Below are positions 34,740-40,896 of a DNA stretch of 40,896 bases, piece after piece. The notes below the pieces were generated by a model that ran no database searches, was not told where the DNA came from, and saw nothing but the letters and a program-made list of their open reading frames with translations. The position numbers and the translations under genes were made by a program. The stretch is from a virus (lineage: Duplodnaviria > Caudoviricetes), in IMG/VR virus record IMGVR_UViG_3300049194_000147, positions 1 through 40,896 of that record; one strand, given 5' to 3'. Every line of letters begins with the position of its first letter. Positions within the stretch are counted from its first letter, which is position 1.

Positions 34740-36527
34740 ATGAGTAAGCAAGCAGGATTACAGATTGAAGGTGAGTTTTTGGATCTTGTACCGGGCACCG
34801 TTATTGACCTGGAAGAGCAAAACATTTTTTTACAGCTGGAAGAAGAAGTACAAGGCGATTACACATTGCCGTTTGAGGCTGTGGTAAACGAAAAAAACCT
34901 GCGTCTTACCGATTACAATAGTGTAATTAACAGCGTTGGCATGGGTAAAAAAGATGCTGTTTTGTGGGATGGTACCATACAGCACAGCCGTGGAACTGTA
35001 AAAATTGAAAAGCTGAGAAGTAACCTCAACGATATTAAAAAAGGCAGCATCAGTTTGTATTATTTGAAAGATGTGAGCAGTTTTTACAGTGAGATAAAAG
35101 ATAAAAAGTTAACTGATCTTAGTTACGATCCGATTGTATTGCCTGCCGATGGCAGTGCAGGTTTGGTAAGTGTACGTAATGCTTTAAATCTTTCATGGGC
35201 TGTTGGTAATTGCGATACGTACGATTATGTTGTTTACCCTGTTTTGGGCGATGAAGAGGAACACCCTTTTGGTGGTACATACAGACAGGTATGGAATTAC
35301 ATGCGTTATACAGCTACCCCAACAGGCGGTTTGCCAAACTGTACATTGGAGTACAGTCCTGGCACAACATCAACCGGCGAAACTTATTTTAATTCTTACA
35401 CGCCATTCCCTTACCTGCGTAATGTTTTGTTGAAAATATTTGATGAGGCAGGATGGAAACTGCAGGGCGATATTTTAACCGATCCTGATTTTAAAAAGAT
35501 TACCATCATTTATTTTCAGCAAATCATTATTAACCGTAGAGATCAAAACCCTACTTTCCGCATTAATGAGCACCTGCCACCAATAAACATCAGTACATTT
35601 TTAATTGAACTATCTAAACGCCTGGGCATTTGGTTCGATTATAACAGCAGCTTAAAAACGGCTACCATCAAACTGCGTAAAGATGCCATCAGCAGCAGCG
35701 ACCGTGTTGATATAAGCAATATTGTTTCGCCTGTTTACCAGCGAATCGTTATTGATCAAAATATTATTTACGCATTGGATGAGTACCGGAACGAAAACGA
35801 ATCCTTTTCGCTTTCAAAATTCAATAATATGGGTTCGGTTTTAACCGAATCGGCATTGCCAACACCCACATCATCTATTGCCGATGATCTATACCTTGTA
35901 AAAAGTAAAAACGTTTATGTTGCCTGTGTAACCAACAACGGAACAACGTTTTTTTGGGAAACAGTATCGCAAAACAAAACCGGTTATTTGCCTGCAGGTT
36001 ATACCAAAAAGATTACAACCAAATGCTACATCCCATCAATGGAAATACAGGATCAAACATTTGGTGGCGTAAATACAAAATACTACATCCCGTATTGTAA
36101 AGATGAAATGCTGATAAGGCCACGTACATACCGTGAAATTGATATTGATACCAGCACCGATCATTTTTACTTGGCTTACTACCACGGCCCACAGGAAGAT
36201 ACTACCGGGCATGTGTATCCCTATGCATCGCCACATCCGTACACAATTACAGGGGTAAATGTTGGCGATGATAGTCTTACTTTTTTATTCAATGATGGTG
36301 CAGAAGAAAGAGGTTTGTATCACAGAAACTGGAAAACATTTTTGGATACATTAACCCAGCGTGAAAAATATACCTTTACCACTTATTGCGATATTGTAAC
36401 CTTTAAAAACCTCAGTTTTGGACAAATTGTAGTGGTAAACGGCGTGCAGTTTTACCTGCAAAATAAAAAGAGCCGAATACCTTACGATGGCATTGCCACC
36501 ATTGAGTGCAGCCGTATTGTATCGTAA
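34740..36527 (+). CDS. Tail tip/hub protein (putative)
   Basis: 595 aa; LDL...YTLPF N-terminus and HLPPINISTFL. Confidence 0.55.
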   Translation: MSKQAGLQIEGEFLDLVPGTVIDLEEQNIFLQLEEEVQGDYTLPFEAVVNEKNLRLTDYNSVINSVGMGKKDAVLWDGTIQHSRGTVKIEKLRSNLNDIKKGSISLYYLKDVSSFYSEIKDKKLTDLSYDPIVLPADGSAGLVSVRNALNLSWAVGNCDTYDYVVYPVLGDEEEHPFGGTYRQVWNYMRYTATPTGGLPNCTLEYSPGTTSTGETYFNSYTPFPYLRNVLLKIFDEAGWKLQGDILTDPDFKKITIIYFQQIIINRRDQNPTFRINEHLPPINISTFLIELSKRLGIWFDYNSSLKTATIKLRKDAISSSDRVDISNIVSPVYQRIVIDQNIIYALDEYRNENESFSLSKFNNMGSVLTESALPTPTSSIADDLYLVKSKNVYVACVTNNGTTFFWETVSQNKTGYLPAGYTKKITTKCYIPSMEIQDQTFGGVNTKYYIPYCKDEMLIRPRTYREIDIDTSTDHFYLAYYHGPQEDTTGHVYPYASPHPYTITGVNVGDDSLTFLFNDGAEERGLYHRNWKTFLDTLTQREKYTFTTYCDIVTFKNLSFGQIVVVNGVQFYLQNKKSRIPYDGIATIECSRIVS

Positions 36528-36564
36528 TTGTCCTCCACCCCCGTAAATTATCCGCACAATTTTA
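36527..36564 (+). promoter_or_regulatory. Putative late promoter copy 4
   Basis: ATTGTCCTCCACC-N17-CAATTTTA before the packaging genes. Confidence 0.7.
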
Positions 36565-36568
36565 TGCC

Positions 36569-37252
36569 ATGCAGGAAATTTATGCATGGTTAAACAACCC
36601 CGATTACCAATCGGGGGTTGTGTTGTTTTTGCAGCACAGTCGTAATAAGCGGCTCAATAATTTGTTTCGTACCGAAGCAGAAACACCGTATAAGCGGCAG
36701 CGGCTTATTGCTGAAATGAAAGCACTGCTGGAGCGTAAAGAAGAAAAGCAACCTGTTACAGAATACAACCAGGATATACATACCAGCAGCACCAACGGCT
36801 GGCCGCCAAAACCAATAACCGATGTGGTATTGCTGGCCCTGTACGATCAGTGGAAACCGTTGTATGATGAAATGTTGAACCTGCAGGCCCGTATTTATGA
36901 TGTGGCCGAACAGGCTGAAACAGGCGATGATGTAAAGCGGTTACAAAGCTGCCAAATGGCCCACCGCATTTGCGACTTGGATGATGAGTGTGATGCGATT
37001 TATGCAAAACGGGATTATTATTATCAGCATGGCAAATTACCTGCAGCACCGGTACAAAAAGAAGTGATCGGCGATCCTGTAAAATGGGCATTAGAGCTGC
37101 AAAACCTGCTCCGTTACGAACGGCGGTATAAACTACTGCTCGATAAAGAGCCTGGCCACCGGTTGGCAGATAAACGGGCTCAATCGCTGCAGCAATGCAG
37201 GGAAGAAATTGCCCACTATCGTAAACTTTTAAAAATAGAGCATGAAGGATGA
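36569..37252 (+). CDS. Phage hypothetical protein (start MQEIYAWL)
   Basis: ATG just after the promoter motif. Confidence 0.7.
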   Translation: MQEIYAWLNNPDYQSGVVLFLQHSRNKRLNNLFRTEAETPYKRQRLIAEMKALLERKEEKQPVTEYNQDIHTSSTNGWPPKPITDVVLLALYDQWKPLYDEMLNLQARIYDVAEQAETGDDVKRLQSCQMAHRICDLDDECDAIYAKRDYYYQHGKLPAAPVQKEVIGDPVKWALELQNLLRYERRYKLLLDKEPGHRLADKRAQSLQQCREEIAHYRKLLKIEHEG

Positions 37253-37820
37253 GAATAAACAGATCACCCGTTTTTTAAAAGGCGATCGGGTAACCCTTAA
37301 CTCAAAAGAAGAGGAAATATTAAACCGTTGGCGATATGTGGATGAGTTGATGCGGCTGGGCAAAAGTGAGCAGCAGATAAAAGAAGCTGTTATGCAGCGG
37401 TACAATGTTTCAACATTTACAGCTCAAAACGATTACTACAGTGCACAGAATATTTTCGGTGAAATAAGCCGAATGGATAAAAGTTATCTGCTGGGCCTGC
37501 ATGTAGAAAGCATGCGGATGGATGTAATTAATTACCGCAATCATGTTTTTAGAGAAGGGCATATACCTACCGAAAAAGAAATTGCAGCCCTTAGTAAACT
37601 GGCCGAATCGTACACCTATGCACTTAACAGCATGCCAAGTAAGAAAGAAAGCCGAAATACCAAAACACCAATGTTGGTGTTTACACCTGTTGCCGGTAAA
37701 ACATTACCGCAGCCAATGAGTGTTGCCGATGCAATGGCCAAAGCTGATGCATTTATTGAAGAAGCTGAAATAGTTAAAACCGAACTCAATGGAGGCGATA
37801 AACGAACAGGAGTACAATAG
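37242..37820 (+). CDS. Terminase small subunit candidate
   Basis: HTH-like N-terminus (RYNVSTFTAQND); immediately upstream of large subunit. Confidence 0.55.
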   Translation: MKDENKQITRFLKGDRVTLNSKEEEILNRWRYVDELMRLGKSEQQIKEAVMQRYNVSTFTAQNDYYSAQNIFGEISRMDKSYLLGLHVESMRMDVINYRNHVFREGHIPTEKEIAALSKLAESYTYALNSMPSKKESRNTKTPMLVFTPVAGKTLPQPMSVADAMAKADAFIEEAEIVKTELNGGDKRTGVQ

Positions 37821-39393
37821 GATAGAAGTGCAGATGCCAACACCACACCTGAAAATACGGTTGGTGAGGGCTAACCAAACCTGGTTTGTTGCCAACCGTG
37901 GCGGCTTTAAAACCACCCGTGGTATTGCGCCGTACTTAATCGATTGTGTTACTACAATGCCAAAAAGCACAGGTGTAATTACCGGGCCATCGTTTGAGCA
38001 TTTAGGCGATAACACATTGAATCCGCTGTTTAATGCACTCACAACCGATTTAGGATTTGAAGAAGGTGTGCATTATGTATTTGGCACGAAGCCGCCGGAT
38101 GATTGGGAAAAGCCATATATTAAAATTGCCAGTAAAAAGTATGATCACATGATCAGCTGGTGGAATGGCTGTAATGATATTTTGATTTCGATGGCGAAAA
38201 GAGGTTCTGCAAATGGTATCAGCTGCCAGCGTGGTATTTTCGATGAGGTTAAATTGATGAACCAAAAGGATCTGGAAGATGTGGTGTTTAATACGTTCCG
38301 TGGTAACGAAAAGTATTTCGAAAACAACCCGCTCTTTATGAGCAAATTTTTTGCGACCGATAAAAGTGCAGATCCTGCATCCATCAAATGGATATTGGAA
38401 AAAAGGAAGCTCAACAATTACGATAAAATTGATGTGGTTATTTCGCTGCAGATTGAGCTTGATAAACTAAAGGAAGAGTACAACAGCAGCGGCATTAATA
38501 AGCGTAACAGTTTACGGGTGCAGATTAATGCAATAGAGGTTCGATTGGCTAAGCTCAGAAGCAACCTTATTTTTTATGTAGAAAGCACTCACCTTAATAC
38601 CATTGAAGTGCTAGGCCAGCGTTGGTACGATGATAAGGTAAACTCACTTTCACCTTACGAATTAAAGGTGGCTATTCATAACGAAGATCCTACACGCCCG
38701 GAAGATGGATTTTATCCTGATTTCGATGAGAATGTACATTGTTATTCAGATTTGAAAGATTACAACCCGATGAGCCCACTCATCATTGCTGCCGATTACC
38801 AAATAAGTGTGGCCCCAATATGCCTTTGCCAACAGGCAGATATTGATGGCAAAGGTGAAAGCCTTAACTACATCGATGAGGTATATACATTGGCACCGGA
38901 TGGATTGGAGGAAGCATTGGAGATATTATGTAACAGGTACATTGGGCACATCAATAAGACTATCTACTATGTATACGATCGTACAGCCCGACCTGTTAAG
39001 AGTGTAACACAACAGTACAACGATATTGTAAAGGATGTGTTTCGTAAATTTAAATGGAAAGTAATTGAGGTATATACAGGTAAGCAGCCCGATCATTTTC
39101 AGAAATATACCGATACAAAGAAATGGTTATCCAACCCATTACCAGGCGAACGGATACTCATCAATAAGGATAAATGCCCCAAAACAATCATCAGCATATT
39201 ATCATCCGAAGCCGAGAGCCGGGATAACAAAACCCGTAAGGTTAAGAAGTATGAGGATACAAACAAATACCCAACCTTAGATCAGTCAGAAACAACACAC
39301 TTCTCAGATGTGTTTGATATGATCAACGATGCAGTAATAAAACAAAAGAAAGTTACCAAACTGAGGTTCAGACCTGGTGTCCACTTCGGATAA
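37789..39393 (+). CDS. Terminase large subunit
   Basis: Walker A variant ANRGGFKT, Walker B GIFDEVK, nuclease AADYQ and HFSDVFD. Confidence 0.8.
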   Translation: MEAINEQEYNRIEVQMPTPHLKIRLVRANQTWFVANRGGFKTTRGIAPYLIDCVTTMPKSTGVITGPSFEHLGDNTLNPLFNALTTDLGFEEGVHYVFGTKPPDDWEKPYIKIASKKYDHMISWWNGCNDILISMAKRGSANGISCQRGIFDEVKLMNQKDLEDVVFNTFRGNEKYFENNPLFMSKFFATDKSADPASIKWILEKRKLNNYDKIDVVISLQIELDKLKEEYNSSGINKRNSLRVQINAIEVRLAKLRSNLIFYVESTHLNTIEVLGQRWYDDKVNSLSPYELKVAIHNEDPTRPEDGFYPDFDENVHCYSDLKDYNPMSPLIIAADYQISVAPICLCQQADIDGKGESLNYIDEVYTLAPDGLEEALEILCNRYIGHINKTIYYVYDRTARPVKSVTQQYNDIVKDVFRKFKWKVIEVYTGKQPDHFQKYTDTKKWLSNPLPGERILINKDKCPKTIISILSSEAESRDNKTRKVKKYEDTNKYPTLDQSETTHFSDVFDMINDAVIKQKKVTKLRFRPGVHFG

Positions 39394-39411
39394 ATAAAAA
39401 GTAAATAGCCA

Positions 39412-39459
39412 ACTGTAGTGGCCTGTATATGGCGCACTGTGGCGGCCTATATATGGCGC
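39412..39459 (+). repeat. 24-bp tandem duplication downstream of terminase
   Basis: ACTGTAGTGGCCTGTATATGGCGC / ACTGTGGCGGCCTATATATGGCGC (21/24). Confidence 0.75.
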
Positions 39460-39691
39460 TCCTTGGAGTGTCATATTTCTATGATTTTTTTTATCCGCAC
39501 GCACTTTTAACAGGGAACGCAGAATTTTCAACAGATATAGGTTCATTTAATTCAAAAAATAAATCCGTATATAATTGTAAATCATTAAAATATACTTTTT
39601 AAAATTATTTTTTAAGAAATAGGTTTACGCAATCATTACCTCATAAAGTTCTAACAGGTAATCAATTTCGGTTCTATAATGCACCTCTTTC

Positions 39692-39699
39692 CCTCCCCA
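39692..39699 (+). other. Right attachment core CCTCCC plus displaced tRNA end (CA)
   Basis: CCTCCCCA followed by the original tRNA terminator. Confidence 0.8.
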
Positions 39700-39707
39700 A
39701 GGAAAAT

Positions 39708-39740
39708 AAAATCCCTGCACTGTTTGTGCGGGGATTTTTT
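39708..39740. terminator. Rho-independent terminator (original tRNA-His / convergent AraC gene)
   Basis: AAATCCCTGCAC-TGTTT-GTGCGGGGATTT plus T tract. Confidence 0.8.
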
Positions 39741-39757
39741 ATTACAAATGTGTTTAT

Positions 39758-40753
39758 TTATTGATGTTGTTGCGATCGTTCGTACAAAAGGCCGGGAGTT
39801 ATGCCGTACTCTTTTTTAAAGGCCTTGGTAAAATTTGAAACATCGCTAAAGCCAATGCGTAAACCGGCTTCCTTTGGCGAAATACCTGTTGCTAAAAAGT
39901 CCTTTGCTTTTTCCAGCCTGTTTTTATTATAATATTCATACAACGCATAGCCATACACCTGTTTAAAACGTTGTTTCAGTTTAGTACCGCACATTTGTGC
40001 AATGACCGCCAGTTTATTAATAGATGGGAAACGGTCTAAATCTTCTTTTAATAATTCTTCTATGGCTTTCAGTTTTGTCAGGTCTTCTTCGGGAATAACG
40101 GCATTTGTAAGTATGGCTGTTTGTCCGTTTAAATAGGTTTTAAAGAAATAATCTAACAGCGTAACAATGTTGGTTTTAACCTGGAAGCGTTGTTTCTGGC
40201 AATTAAAATCGGCTGTAAAAATTTTCTGTAGTGTATTATTTATTTCTTCATCAATGATCATCTTATCAATTAACTGCACACCCTGGTTGGTAAGTTGATT
40301 GATATTCTTTTTTGCTTCATCGTTCAGATGAACAGAAAGCCATTGCGGCGTAAGATATATACCTAATCGTTTAATACGAGAACCAGCAGAGTAATTCACC
40401 TGCAATTCGGTATTCGTTGGCGATAAAAAAATATTATTCTTTTGAATTGTTTCTTCATTTCGAAACGAATCCTTTTTATTCTTTACATGAATAAAATTTT
40501 TAACCTGTGTTTGATTAAAGAAGATCAGTAATCCTGCTTGGTTATTACTTAGTCTGTGTAAGGTAAAATCTGTATTCAGCTCGGCATCCAGGATTCCGAA
40601 CGAGAAGGTTCGGTCGATACTGTCGGCAAAACAATAACCCCTGCCAATTGTCTCCGGAAAGAAAAGTAGGTTGTTCGTAGCTTTACTTCCTGTAAGAGAC
40701 CCAATTTCCTGTAACCAGGTTTTGAAGTTTCGTTGTTTGTATTGTAAATACAT
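39758..40753 (-). CDS. Host AraC-family transcriptional regulator
   Basis: C-terminal KLKQRFKQVYG...RLEKAK...IGFSDVSNFTKAFKKEYGITP. Confidence 0.92.
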   Translation of the reverse strand: MYLQYKQRNFKTWLQEIGSLTGSKATNNLLFFPETIGRGYCFADSIDRTFSFGILDAELNTDFTLHRLSNNQAGLLIFFNQTQVKNFIHVKNKKDSFRNEETIQKNNIFLSPTNTELQVNYSAGSRIKRLGIYLTPQWLSVHLNDEAKKNINQLTNQGVQLIDKMIIDEEINNTLQKIFTADFNCQKQRFQVKTNIVTLLDYFFKTYLNGQTAILTNAVIPEEDLTKLKAIEELLKEDLDRFPSINKLAVIAQMCGTKLKQRFKQVYGYALYEYYNKNRLEKAKDFLATGISPKEAGLRIGFSDVSNFTKAFKKEYGITPGLLYERSQQHQ

Positions 40754-40816
40754 CCAGCATAAAAGTATTGAACACTGTTATGCTGCTATGTAGAACAGAC
40801 TATGATATTTGGATTG

Positions 40817-40896
40817 TTATTGCAACTTCTGTTTTATTTCCTGCAACTTCAATAATGCTTCAACGGGAGTGAGGCGGTTAATGTCAATGCCAGCCA
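40817..40896 (-). CDS. mutS: 3' end of host DNA mismatch repair protein MutS (partial)
   Basis: Reads ...IDINRLTPVEALLKLQEIKQKLQ*, the conserved MutS C-terminal motif. Confidence 0.8.
   Translation of the reverse strand, partial: AGIDINRLTPVEALLKLQEIKQKLQ

Larger units (their letters stand above)
268..39697. mobile_element. Integrated temperate prophage, ~39.4 kb
   Basis: Serine integrase, repressor, replication, head, tail, lysis, portal and terminase genes between two CCTCCC cores; host genes on both sides. Confidence 0.92.

Noticed and set aside
2300-39400. Apparent shift from C-rich to more G-rich plus strand along the prophage
   Set aside because: Visual impression only; needs a computed GC-skew plot.

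Overview
The window holds an apparently complete ~39.4 kb temperate tailed prophage (tape measure present, no sheath recognised) of a Bacteroidota host. It is inserted by a large serine recombinase into the 3' end of tRNA-His(GTG), with a CCTCCC core at 268-273 and 39692-39697. Host genes flank it: a DUF445 gene start on the left, and an AraC regulator plus the mutS 3' end on the right. Modules are integrase/repressor switch, early genes, a PriCT-2/P-loop replication protein with an iteron-rich origin, a stand-alone DnaA domain IV protein, four morphogenesis blocks each preceded by the same bipartite late-promoter motif, and an accessory island at 23.1-28.7 kb. The most striking element is a phage-borne integron-like locus at 25390-28020: a tyrosine recombinase with IntI-like motifs but no IntI insertion, next to three cassettes bounded by attC-like hairpins. 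Two cassettes carry an internal 23-nt sequence that is the reverse complement (22/23, 14+9 nt in both) of their own predicted circle junction, suggesting a splint/guide function I do not know from described integrons. Also notable: excision should add 21 aa to the serine integrase C-terminus and restore the tRNA's encoded CCA, one cassette carries a Mesh1/SpoT-like HD hydrolase, and the u-spanin-like gene has an in-frame TAA. All family calls come from motif recognition by eye; no searches were run.
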